From assembly GCF_964204645.1 (NCBI RefSeq), contig NC_134026.1:23718150-23782149 (forward strand): a DNA stretch of 64,000 nt, in the 5' to 3' direction. The translations under genes were made by a program, and so were the position numbers. This stretch comes from Tubulanus polymorphus (taxonomy: Eukaryota > Animalia > Nemertea). This document shows positions 29,011 to 41,639 of the stretch, piece by piece. A model generated the notes under the pieces. The model ran no database searches. It was not told the origin of the DNA and was given only the letters and a program-made list of their open reading frames with translations. Position 1 is the first letter of the stretch. Each line of letters begins with the position of its first letter.

Positions 29011-31137
29011 TTATAGATAAGCTTACTTAAGAAATGGACACTGTCGAAGGATACAGAAAATTAGTGATATGTGAATGCGCTTCATCAGAGGTCATTTGGG
29101 AAGCTCCAAAAAATCTAATATAGCTGAATGCCTTTTGGGGATACGCTGCGGCCAATGTTACAGTAAAATGCAATTGATTGCAGGAAATCGTCTGCAATAA
29201 CAGACAAAACAATCTCGATAATGTCGCTGAGCAGGCAGTGTGATCTGTTAAATGTGCGATGGCATTTCTGCCGAAGATTTAGGCGCAATACACGTAGTAA
29301 TGCCGTTAGTGGAGTGTGTGGTCACGGACTGCCAATCTAACCAATCTATAAAATGCTTGCCTCACTAGCCAAGTGAATTATCAAATACAAAGGCCAAACA
29401 TCGAAATAACAAACACCGCTAAAAAGAAAATGTCACTTTTCCATTATTCGATCGAGTCGTATTTTCGAAATTCATATCAGGTTTATTGAAATCAGTGCTG
29501 GTAAGGTGAATAAAGGAGTATCTTCTACAGCCGTCAAACCCGAAACGGAGGGGATGGGGATTTGGCATTTAAGTCTTACTAAGAGTTATCTGAAATAAAA
29601 AGTGAATTACGAATTAGAATGCTTTCAAAATTGCCCCGATCGAAAGACCGATTTAAAAATATTGACAGACTTCGATATCTGCGGCATATTTATTATACCA
29701 ATGAGGAAGGACTCCCGCACGCTCTGACGAAGCTCATCTACATTGTACAGATCGGTTAACTGAAATCTGACCTTACAACGTGGACGGCAAATTGGCGATA
29801 AACTGAAGCAATCACGAGGCTAACTAATTCCGAGGGTACGGGAGACGCATTTCCTGCACGATGACATCATCTCGGAAACTGTCATACAGCAAAAACGCGG
29901 GACGACATGTTCAGCACCGACCAACTTCATTAGAGTCAATCAATCAATTATCAGCATTACACATGACAGTGAAATGATTAAATGGGAGATTGATTTTTAC
30001 AGAAATGATGGCAAAGTGCCGGTGTCAGTAATTTTGTACTGCGCATGGATACCCACCATTGATCCGCACGTCGGAGTGCCTTGAAAAGGGGCGAAAAAAA
30101 TACCACTGTTGATAACGCGAAAAGTGAATTATGACGGCGTTTAAAATAATGACGCGAACGATCTTCCACGCTATCGGATCGAAATAATCGTCGAGAACAA
30201 AACTGTACTTTTAGCGCTCGTGTGTGCGACTAAACTCAAGTTCCAATCACCGCGCAATGTTTGCACTTAATTTCAGAAACGCGCATTAAATCGATCTCGT
30301 CGAACTGCAATCGATCACTGCGCACGCCGCGCATAACATCTCGAAAAATGACAACCAAAAAAAAAGAAGATGGGAGCCGAAAAACAGATTCGAATTTTCA
30401 AACGTACACAAGCTCCGCATCATAAAATGGAGGGTGATCGAAATGGTTTCAATTGATTGCGTAATGAATGGTCTTAAGATGGAGCTATTGATTGCCGTAT
30501 CAGACAGCAGCGTTAGAGAGCTCGCTTTGATTGACAACGACGACCGATTTTGACGTCGAGTATGAAGGATATTGCCTTCAACGAGCTTATTCGTCTGCTA
30601 ATCTTATCCGACAAAGATTTCGCATTTTATTAGACGAGCCTTTTCGAAATAATGACGAAAATAATTCTGACGCGGCCGTGGCGCGTTCGACGACTGATTC
30701 GACCGCTGATGACATGTTAATAGACCGTGCGCATGATGTACTGAAACACAGCCGGGGAACGTACAAACGAAGCTCGATATGAAAAAAGAACGCTCCCCGC
30801 GCATTCATCAACTGTGCATGCGTTTTAATTTCAGTCCACATTTAATGTAAAGCCTTTTCATTAAATGCGCGACCATATGGAACAACTGACGTTTTTAATA
30901 GATGCTGATGAAAGCAATACAAGGATTGGCATTTCAATTCATTTATACACACCATCTTCCGTATCGCCATGAAGCCACTGAGAGAGAGTAGCTATATTCA
31001 TTATGGAATGAATCTTGTCGCATTGCGCTCTACAATCTCAATCAAAAATCTACAATGACTGAAACAGTTTGGGGGAAAAAGTCGGCATCGTCCATCAGAT
31101 GAGTTTCAAGGAAGGCAATGTTTATTTATCAAACCTA

Positions 31138-31359
31138 AGCCCAATCACACATAGATGATTTGGGCTAGCTGAATTGGCATGGATTAGGTATAAGTCAAAT
31201 TTGGCCCATGCCTAATTAGAGAAAGCATCACACGTAAACCACTCAATTAGACCCGGTTTAGGCCTAGCCTGACGTTTTGGGTCGGACCAAATTGGCACCC
31301 GTGTGAACAGTTGTTCTGGGCCAAATTTGGCTCGAAACAAAAATCCTGCGATCGCGGCT
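31138..31359. mobile_element. Internally deleted, inverted relative of the 10396 MITE
   Basis: Begins AGCCCAATCACACATAGATGATTTGG, matching the reverse complement of the 10.9-kb end, and ends GCGATCGCGGCT; shares ggccaaatttggc. Confidence 0.75.
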
Positions 31360-32076
31360 CCAATCTAGAAATCGAACTCCATATTCAACGAACATCAATA
31401 ACAGATTCGTAGGACTCTAACCATAAAGACAAGAATATTCATTCTCGAACTTCCAGTGATTCATCAGTCTTCGATGAAGATTTGCGAAAAAGGATTGAAG
31501 ATTAAATCGTTGAGGCGAGCGTTTCAAATCTCCCTCGCTGTATATAGAAATCACCGATGAACTGATTTTCAATCAAACCGAACGTTGCTTTTTCACCGCC
31601 CCGAAGTAATAGTTCATTTCCTTTCGTAAGAGAATTCAATCTTTTGAAAAGAGCAAGGCGATAACCGTCAACAGACATCCTAAATCAATTGTCAGGAGCA
31701 GTGTCGCTATTAAGCTACCGAGGAAAAGATATTGTCAAGAGCAACGAAGTAATAGCAGCATTAGTATGCAACTCCACACTCAAAAGCTGACGATAATTCT
31801 GTTAACTGCCTCCATGGAATGCTGACAGATCATAAAAGGCACAAGACTCTAAACAGTCCGACTGATTACATGGTGCTCAAAGTGTTCGATCCACAAGCCA
31901 ACAATTGGATGGAACTGAACACGAAGTTCATAATCATCGTCATGGCAACTGATCCGTAGCTTAGATCATGGTTGGATTAATTCCGAAGCCAAAAAGGTGA
32001 AATATGAAAAAAAGCGATTTTGTCATAGTTAGATTCCTTATACACATCGTGGGGCTCAAACTATTTTGTACACTAT

Positions 32077-32353
32077 ACCCATGTTCACACATCATCCTGA
32101 CTTCGTTCCATTTTTTTGGCACATAACAATTCAAACCGTCCAAAAGACTGACCCAGGTTCTTTCTATATTTTGGAATGGACCATTGGTGTAAGTGAAAAG
32201 AAAATCAGTTCAGCAACTAGTTGGACCAGCGATGATAACCGATTGAAAAAATATGTGCGGACGCACAGCATTGATTTGGACCATTCTAAATTGGTCCATT
32301 CCAGGTACAGGCCAATTCAAGATGGACTAATAAGTGACAGTGTGAACGTGGCT
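32077..32353. mobile_element. MITE, Harbinger-like, second family
   Basis: TIRs ACCCATGTTCACAC / GTGTGAACGTGGCT, TSD TAT; homologous (inverted) to the 28670 copy, sharing aatggaccaatttagaatgg. Confidence 0.75.
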
Positions 32354-33760
32354 TATGACTAGATTTCTCAACAATATCGAAATGCAACGATTGTTCTGCA
32401 ACTGATAGAGGAATCAAGTATTTAAAGCAAAGAATCCTTCAAGTTTTAGAATGTCAACAGCAACACAAGTAACCGACACAGAGGATAACGAAATAGACGT
32501 TGACAGGCACCGTTTGAATTGTAATTACCAGAAGAATCAGTATTCACATCAGGTCTTTTCCAAATTAAATTTTCCGAAGCCAGAAATTATTCATAGTGAC
32601 ATCACTGACAACAGCACGGATAAAAATAACCCGAACGTACACGGCATGTTATTGCTTGTTGCAACATCGGTCATCATCCAATAACAAGATATGCCGGAAG
32701 CTATGTTCTCTTTTTCATCCGGAGACTTCAAGCGTAAAAATATCAGTTTACCCTGATTTTAGGTCGACCAACAGTTTACGTTTCAGTTCAGTCGGATCTC
32801 GCGGCGCTATCGCCGCGTTCCGATCCATTTGTTTGAAGCGGTCCTCGTGCAATTCGGGCCATGATTCGATTACATCGAATGCCGTAACTTGATACCATTC
32901 AAGTTGAAACTGAAATGCTATTGCCGTTCTTAGCTAGGAATAGAATTAATGCATTCGCGACACTGTACAGTCTACCGAACCAAATACTTAATGAAATTGT
33001 GCGGCGAAATTGGTTGGAAAGCATCTCATCTTCAACCGACTGGCGATATGTTACCTCACGTAGCATCAGTATTCATAGGTCGAACTGATTTGAAATTCCG
33101 GTCGCGACCATCGCCGCCGTTGCTGTCATGCGTTGCGTAATGACAAATGTCAGCGATGAAAAAATTAATGCCGCAAATGAGCATCACGCAATGACAGGTC
33201 CAGAATGTCAGTTAATACCCATGAAACAAATCTACTCAATGACTACTTCCCTGCCAACCTAATCACGAGGAAAACATCTGTGCTGGCAAAATGTGTGATT
33301 GGGAGTAAATTGAATGTGTACCGCGCTGATGATCCAATCATGATCGTGAGGAGGATGGCATGAGAGACAAATACGACACAGATAGCGCTGCCTGTCACCA
33401 CAAAAGTGGTATAAAATAGGTTTGTGCTTGGCATACAAACGCCTTAACAAAATTCAACGTCAGCGCCAGCCAGTCATTTAACATCGATTGTGAAGAAACG
33501 CTAGCATCGCAATCAATATACAAGTATCGATACATTTCATACATGTATATAACCATATATTCTTCGCGATCTGTGCTGTATATGAACAGGCATTCGCTCA
33601 TTGAAAAACTCGGATAACAAATAGAAAACAAGTATCAAACATTTAAACACGAGTTACCTAGATCCATACATACTTTTTATGCTATTGCGGTAGTTATCTT
33701 TAGTTTCATTGACTTCAGTAGGTTTAAAAGCCCGAATCAATTGCGAACCAGAAAACTTAC

Positions 33761-33853
33761 CTTTCCAAACATTGTGATTTTGTTTAACGTCGACAGCGCC
33801 TGAGCAGCTTGGCCATGTGTTGAGAAGTCAATAAAAGCATAAGGATCTCCGGG
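33761..33853 (-). CDS. TIA1: TIA1-like exon encoding RRM1 RNP1 and helix 2
   Basis: tttgtttgtttcag|CCC GGA GAT CCT TAT GCT TTT ATT GAC TTC ... GGA AAG|gtaagt; 93 nt. Confidence 0.88.
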
Positions 33854-36800
33854 CTGAAACAAACAAATTTATATATAATGAATTTCTGCTACAATAATGC
33901 GCTGTAGTTGTCAATGATTAGCTAGTATTGATAAACCGCCGGCCTACAGTGTACAGCATAGTGAAAATGAAACTTCAAACAATTAATTTAACGTTGGATG
34001 ATTAAAGAAACTTGAAGGTATCTATCTAAAGATGAATCATTGCCCTCACAGCTAAGTGCGAAACTTGTCGTGTAATGAAACTCTTTCAACTATTTGTCTG
34101 ATGCCTATCCTTGTGAACGTGAACTAGTTTCAACTGATTTCAAGGCTTCTACGCGTTACAAGATTCGCAGTACCAAGGATACCACTCATGAGACAAAAAT
34201 CATCTAAAACATGACAAGCGTCTGTTATGCGGTTGACCCTACTGCCGCGTTCGCAGCAAGTATCGAAATCAGAAATGAAGTCAAATTAAATGCATAGCTT
34301 TTAGCCGACGTCTCGTTATTTTAATACCCCCGGTATCATCAGTCATCCGGAATTTCAGTTGCCACGGTAACTACTACTTTTTTGGAAAATGTATAATTCA
34401 TTCTCGATCATCATTTCATAACTGACGGCGGCGTCGGAATTTTGGAAAATTCCAAAAATCATTTCTAAAAGCGGAGTGTGGGGATCATATTTGAAATGTC
34501 ATGGCGTCGCGTTTATGTCTACCCACTGACTTTACGATGAACGCTGCACATTTTTCGCATCGGAAGTAAAACCATTCAGCTAGGTGTACCGTCGTCGCTA
34601 ATTGACTTTTCTAATTTGTTTATTTAATCAAACAAACATCTATCAGCGTTGAATAACAGCTTTCAACGGACGAGTACGTCCTCGTTCTCTCGTCGTGTCT
34701 TGATGATGTATGAGGAAGCCACAGTAATTGAGACAGCCAACGGTAGCATAAAAAACAAGCTAACTACGCCCCGGAAAGCCAATGTACGCCGCTACCTAAT
34801 AGGATCATGCATAGGGAAAAACCTCCCAGTAGATCATATTATATGATGTAAGAATACACCAGTTACACGCATAAAACTTCATTCTCCAATAACTGTTGTT
34901 TTTTACTATCAAATTGCATATAGTGATGACGGCCGCCGTGTATTAAATATTAAATCAATTTTCATGTTTATATTTTTGTACGTGGATAGCGCAAATTATT
35001 TACCAGTCCTAATCATGGACAGTTTTTAAAACGTGATGATGCCATCATGTTTCCTTCTTGCATTCGAAATTCTTACCTTCGCAGTCGGATCTTCGGGGTT
35101 CACCGCATACTGAAAAAGTATGAAAGTACAGAGTGTTATTCATTTCGTTGATCCGCCATCTCGAGGGGGATGGGATGCAGCCCTATGACTGCTTCAGAAA
35201 AGTCCTTCAACAATACATCCTAGGCAATGAAAAAAATGTCTTCATCGATCAACAACTGTGAACACAAAACTCAATATTGAATACGCTTCAAAAAACAAGA
35301 AGTGTTTATCAAAAAGCTATATCATTATGTCTCGATCAAATTCGATACAAATATATAGGTATTTTTTTGCAACTGATGCACAGCTTCTAGATTTAAAAAA
35401 AAAGACTCAGAGAAGAATGATCTATCATCATAATCTAGCGAGCATGTTTGCTGCATATAGACTTATTCTCAGTCAGTTCCTTCACCCTCTACCATCTAGG
35501 TGGAATTCAGAGCAGATTTTTATCGAAATATGAGCCGCTTATATGAAATTCCAAAAAAAAATCAGAGACCAACAAATAAATGTTTTTGAAATGTGGAACA
35601 GGGCAATGAAGACTAACATCACCTCGGCACTGCTTTAAGCACGTTCCCACTTCCCAGTGTTGATAATAATATACATTTAGTTGTATCTCTGTAAAATCCT
35701 ATCAAAAGCATATGTGAAGATAAACAGAGACCTTGAAAATGTGAACATTATGCTGGCAATTTACAGGTGAAAGATGAAGAAGAAAAACATGAACCAATTA
35801 CTATTGCCAGACAGCTATACAAACATTATCATATTATCATTGAAAGAAGTGGCATTACAAAGTTCCCACTTCAATAGCCTTTTTTGCTATTTTAAAGCGA
35901 GGCATTTATTTACAGTTTTCTATCTGAATTTATTTGTATATAATATACATACTAAGACTTCAGCTATTCACCTGACTACTCGTTTCTGAACTACAAAATG
36001 AACGGATCGCAATATTTGATGTAGCAGACCTTCCATTAAATAACACACCGGTCTGGTCAGAGATCGATACCAATAATATTTTCTCTTTTCGCGGCGTATC
36101 ATGATGCATGACAATAACTCATAACTGGCGCTTACACGCATGATGTCCTGCGACAGCGTCAATCCAAATGTCCGATGGCAATCCATACATCAAATCAAAA
36201 ATCTGTGCAACTACACATAGGCCTGAATATTAAATTTTTTCTCCATTTCCGAAGTGACACGGATAATTATGATATAACAATTCCTTCAACCCCGAAATTT
36301 CTGAGCTATAAATAAACTGAAATACCGGTAAACTAATTCGCTTTCCTTAACTGCATAGAAAAAATTACGTATAAGCGCCCACGCTATATATACCCCAACA
36401 TTATCCCAATCTAGACTTACCCGGAAATTGTACTGATACATCGGAACATAGCAATCCATAACTGTTCGATGGGTAGGATCAATAATGTAGAGGAAATTTA
36501 CACAAAAAAAAGAACAGTGCTCAAGTGGCGACTGTACTGCAGCTGCTTTCGAGATATGAATGAAAAACACCGGGGATATATAGCATTTGAGCTAGAGGTA
36601 TATAAAAACATTCCTGGTTACAAATACAACAAACTAGAGGCACAAATTTCATTCGAATTAATTATCTAAATAGGAGAAACGTTATTCTCACTAATCGCCT
36701 ACACCATCCATATGCATTACCGGTGTATGTATAAACGAGATGATATCCTTGAAAATATTTTCATCGTGTATGAATTCCATTACATCATACTGAAAGGCCA

Positions 36801-39800
36801 CGACTCTTTCTAAACAATTTCCTACAATATCTGGGACATAGCCGAGTCTTACCTTGTTCCATTTGAACCACTTTTAGAATTCTATACAACTCGCAAATCT
36901 ATTCTGAGAGCCAGCTTTTTTACAGTAGAAATTCAAAAGAAAACCAGGAATTAAACGGCGTAGGAGGAGGAATACCTCGAATTGATGTGATGATTATTTG
37001 ATTTGATAACAACGAGGAACTTAAATCATTTCAATTCGATAAGCCAGTCATAGAACTGATATATCTAATTATTCAAACAAACAAAAAACGTTACCACCAA
37101 ATGTGCACGAATGATATTGTAATGATGTCCTTGTCAAATAGTGTGTAAGAAACAGCAATTTATAGAAAAATTGTGCCACTAACGTTTCGTTTTTATCCTG
37201 AGTCGATGCGTGCCCATTCCTTTCAGGTTCATCAATCAGCATCATATCACACAATCCTATGGATATCTACATAAGTCTGATAACAAAAGACAAGATTTTT
37301 TTTGCATAAAATCTTCTTAGGTGTTTCTCTTTACAATTTGCGTGCATGATAATACATCTAAACGATTAAAAGACTAGGCCACACTTGAAGTTCCGGCTTT
37401 TGAATTCATGATCGACATCTCCTTAGCTAGAATACGGGATGAGGTTAATTCGATGATATACGGCAGCAATGATATTGATCAAAATGAAATCTAATCAAAC
37501 AGACTTTCTTTCGTCTGAAATTAGCAACAACTTAGAGCAAAACTATACGATTCTCTTGCAATCGTTTTGTTTACCAGCATATAACTATGTATTCAATGAC
37601 AAAAACAACAAATAGATACACGCTTCGATTGATTTTTGATACCCTTTCAATGAAAACACTGGAGATATTAAAGAATAATGTTAAAACGCTTACCACCACG
37701 CGGGCTTTTTTCCGTGATGCAGTTTTACGTGTTGATCTCTGTCCCTAAGCCCAGGGTGCAGCTGTAAATCTACAAGTACGTATATTATAAGCTTCAAATG
37801 AATCATATTTCGGCGGAGAAAATATTTCATTTTCGGATTGAAGTTAATGTATAGCTGCTTTATGACGTGCTTAAAATTATTCGAGTGACTTATTGAGTTC
37901 TGACAAAGTTTGCAATATCGTCTTAAACTATCAGCCTAAATTCTTTGAATGCGACGTTGTTTTTTTTGTCTTTCTAAATATAACTGCGGATGGCATTTTA
38001 GCACATATTGGTAACACCTATAGGGTAGATCAGTGCAAATTAAGCATTTGAAGTTGGATTTCAATATTTAACGGGCATAGCGGGGAAAAGATCAGTGATT
38101 TCATGCAAGTTTATGATGATATGTACACACACTTAACTGGACATCCAAACAGAAACGACTATTCGCTTTCAAAAATCATACATACTGAAAAACTATTTTA
38201 ACGAACTTTTAATAGTGATTGATATAAGAAAAAAAGATTACATACACACGCCTCGATTCACTGCCGCCTGTTGAGCAGTGTGTCGACCAATAAATGAAAG
38301 TATGTCCGAACTTGATGCCATGAAGAGCCAGTAGACACATACCAGTCCATCCACCGAGATTTGAACTTAGTAAAATTCACAAAAATGGACTTACCAGAGC
38401 TTAGTCGAGCTTTTGTAATGCCAGAGACCGACCCCGGAGTTGAGTCTCTTACCAAGTGCCTAGATGTTATATACATTAGACCCGATACGGTAAGAGAATC
38501 TTATACAGCAGCAAGGCCAGAGTCAGTTAGAACTTAAAACTCATACGAAAACTAGTCACTGTTTTATGAAATTGTCATATCACGCTGAAGGTATTTGAAG
38601 TTATAATTTAAAAATAAAATCATACTCTACCTTTGAGGCACTTGAGACCTCGTCGGTGTTGTATTATATAATAATACGTATAATTAACAACAAAAAACAC
38701 ACTACTAAGTTTTGCCTGAATTATTTCCAAATCAATGAAAACCATGGATGGGATGCAGTTGGAAATCTCTAGGAAACAATAAGATTTTAAAAGAAAGAAA
38801 TACCAAATCAAGGCAAACGAAAGATGTGAAATTATTACCATTTCAAATAAGAAAAAAATCCCGAAAATAAGAAAAATCTTATGATCACTTCGAGAGATTT
38901 TCTAAGCATCCATCTTATTCTTTGAATAATTTCAGTCTCAAAAATTAGAACTTTTTAACGAAACTTTCTAAAAAGCATTATCGAGAGAAACAGAATAATC
39001 ATACTATACTTGTGTAATATCATTCATAAGAACAGCGAACTATAGATTGAATGTTAAAAGAAATGTCCACTATACCTCCGAAAGTATTCCTGAAAGCCAT
39101 GATAACAAATTTAAATTGGATATACTTGATAATGTAAGGCTTGTAGTAGTAATATGTTGTATCTTTTTAATGATATTGATGATGCTACATATCTTTATCG
39201 AACATTGTGGTTTAACATAAAAAGATAATTGCAAAAGGAAGAAATACCTCTCCCCACAGATGCATGTGTCACTGGCATATCTGACTGAATACAGCTGAAA
39301 GAATTTAAAAAGAAACTGATTCAGTCGTAATCAATAGCATCAATGATTTCTTGAGTGAACGCCTTCCAATGTTGATCGAGATAGCTGGAAAAAATCAACT
39401 GTATTGAAAAACCTGAAATTGAGTGACTGTTTTTTTTAATACCGGCAGTTCCGTTGATCAGGTCGCCATCGATACACTGTTAACTTTTTCGTAACACCAT
39501 CACATCGCACCTTATTCTAATACCAAACTGTTTTCTCCAGGCCTGAGGCCATTATCCCCAAATCCATACGAAGTGTTACCGGTCAATCTTGAGTACGGTA
39601 TCCACAGCAGTAAAACTTTCCAGTTTTCCCAAGTAACAAAACATTTGGGAATACATCGATTGAAATCCTACACTGACTTACGCGCTATCTATTTCGTCAT
39701 ACCTACATATCAAAGCTCTACCGACTAAATAAACGAATGTTGTCATTAAAACTGGAATTACCTGAATTCAAACAAAAACTAGATAATCGTGATGATCGCA

Positions 39801-41259
39801 CTGAAAAAGGAAATTCAAAATGTAAATAGTTGAGACCCACCTCGCCATCATCGTTCATAGTGTCGCGCTTTATTTTGCAGCTTATGCTTTGCAGGCCCAT
39901 TCGTCCGAATATACTCATTAGCAATTCCTCGGATACTTCTTTTGAAAGGTTTCCAACGTACCTACAACACGAGATATAAAAAGTCTACAAGACTGGATGA
40001 TATATCAGATAATATATACACAAACTAGAGAGTATATTATCTAACCTCAGAAATAACATTGACACTAGTTGAAAAAGGAGGATGAACCACCGAAAAACTA
40101 ACCCAGAACAAAACTCTGTTGAAAATTGAGAGTGTGATAATAACCTGAGCAGGCCAAGTATGTAGCAAATAGTCCATATGGAAAACTTAAGTCTCGGCAA
40201 AATTCATTACTCCTGTTTAGCGTATCAAAGAGACCATTTGAAAGAAATTAAGTATTAGGTCCATTACACCCCAATGGATTATTCCGGGGAAATAGTTAAA
40301 GTTTTCATATAGTCCAGGTCTGTTCCCAAAAGGGGGTTTGAACAAATTCTTCCCACCTATTGCTGAAACTCTGCTCTGATTTCGTTTAATCAAGAGCAGG
40401 AATAAAGAGTGACCATGCCAGATGGCAGATCAGGCCCAACCCGGCCCTGTTCAGGTTTGCTTATTGTGAATGTTTGTATGATGTTGCAGCGCTGGCATTA
40501 CTTCACTGAAGCAAGGGTTTAAAAACATAATAAACTGCCAAATATTCCGTTTTGAGGCAAAACCCTTTAAGAGTAGATTGTGGCCATGGTAAACGTATTG
40601 TTAAATTTGATTAATTTAAAAGATGGAGTTTCCTTCCTTGGATTCAACTTGAGTTGAAGAGACCCTATATTTTGATTAATTCACGGGTTGAATTCATGAA
40701 AATCGTTAGTTCTCATGAAAGTGATAACAACCCTTCCCATGATGGCACTTTAAACCGTTACATCAATCAGGCAAATGAACGTCTAACGTAGTCATAGCCT
40801 CACTGACATTGCCATTGTGAAAGCTTTTAGGACCAAATTAAGTTTTAATCCCTGTCCCAATTGATTTGTTGCTCGCGCCAGGAAATATACATTTCACGGA
40901 AGAAGAAATCACAAAATCACACTGATTTTTTATCAGATAAATAGACGTTCACAAGTACCTCTCAAAATTCATGTTTTCACAGGAAATTTTTTCATAATCT
41001 TACGAAATCTATGACATGACATTCAAATTAACAGTTCACAAAACACCTTTTGTCCCCCCTGCCTAAACCTAAACAAACAACAAACAAATGGTGGATGGAT
41101 CGGATGATTTGATGATGCAGTGGAGTCGAGAGAAACTGTTTTGATTATGTGGACTGGCTTAGGCCTAGCAAACTGTACTGATCAGGCCTAACAACGGTTC
41201 CTGCTCAGGTGTTTCTGAGGCACAATAACTCACAGAGTTTTCGACTCTTTATCGACCAT
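33761..41259 (-). CDS. TIA1: TIA1/TIAR (nucleolysin)-like RRM RNA-binding protein, 5' part (RRM1); gene continues past position 1
   Basis: Exons 41259-41234 (MVDKESKTL), 39961-39841 (YVGNLSKEVSEELLMSIFGRMGLQSISCKIKRDTMNDDGE), probable 35109-35077 (YAVNPEDPTAK) and 33853-33761 (PGDPYAFIDFSTHGQAAQALSTLNKITMFGK). All have AG/GT boundaries and compatible phases. RNP2 LYVGNL, RNP1-like DPYAFIDF, the 26-nt first coding exon and the intron positions match TIA1/TIAL1 as I recall them. RRM2/3 exons were not found in the window. TIA1 versus TIAL1 cannot be distinguished. Confidence 0.85.
35077..35109 (-). CDS. TIA1: 33-nt in-frame microexon of TIA1-like gene (YAVNPEDPTAK)
   Basis: tactttttcag|...GCGAAG|gtaaga; strong sites, frame-preserving, phase 0/0, no stop. 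Confidence 0.6.
39841..39961 (-). CDS. TIA1: TIA1-like coding exon 2 (RRM1 RNP2)
   Basis: gtgttgtag|G TAC GTT GGA AAC CTT ... GGC GAG|gtgggt; 121 nt, open. Confidence 0.88.
41234..41259 (-). CDS. TIA1: TIA1-like coding exon 1
   Basis: tcttcaaaATG GTC GAT AAA GAG TCG AAA ACT CT|gtgagt; phase 2 joins G TAC GTT GGA AAC CTT of the next exon. Confidence 0.85.
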
Positions 41260-41639
41260 TTTGAAGACTAAAATAAGCTTTTAAGTAACGTGAAAATACG
41301 ATTTTGTCCACAATGAACGTTAACCGGAAGTTGATGGCGGTAAAACGCTTGCGCAGGCGCAATTTAGGCTTAACACTCGTTTCAAGTCAGCAAAACTGAA
41401 TCAATTCAATACATTTAAGACAAGTAAACACAAATGCCCAAAAATCAACGCGAATATTCCATAATTCTTCATAAAAACAGCTAACATATAATTCCTTCCA
41501 TACAATACCCAAATTCATTTGTCATAATTCGCTAACTATAAGGATTTTTTTGAAAGGCTCAGAATAGTAGTTTTCAGTACTGAATGAGCAAATTCAATAA
41601 AATTATATTTCACCGGTGGGTGCCAGAAATTGAAGAATT
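41260..41639. promoter_or_regulatory. Bidirectional promoter between TIA1-like (-) and GATD3 (+)
   Basis: Start codons are 380 bp apart, head-to-head. Clustered ETS/GABP CCGGAAGT (41324-41331), YY1-like GATGGCGG (41333-41340) and NRF1 TGCGCAGGCGCA (41350-41361). Confidence 0.7.

Noticed and set aside
101-33631. Dozens of 60-140 aa ORFs in the ORF track
   Set aside because: No recognisable domains, many rely on GTG/TTG starts, and no consistent exon chain; expected by chance in intronic DNA
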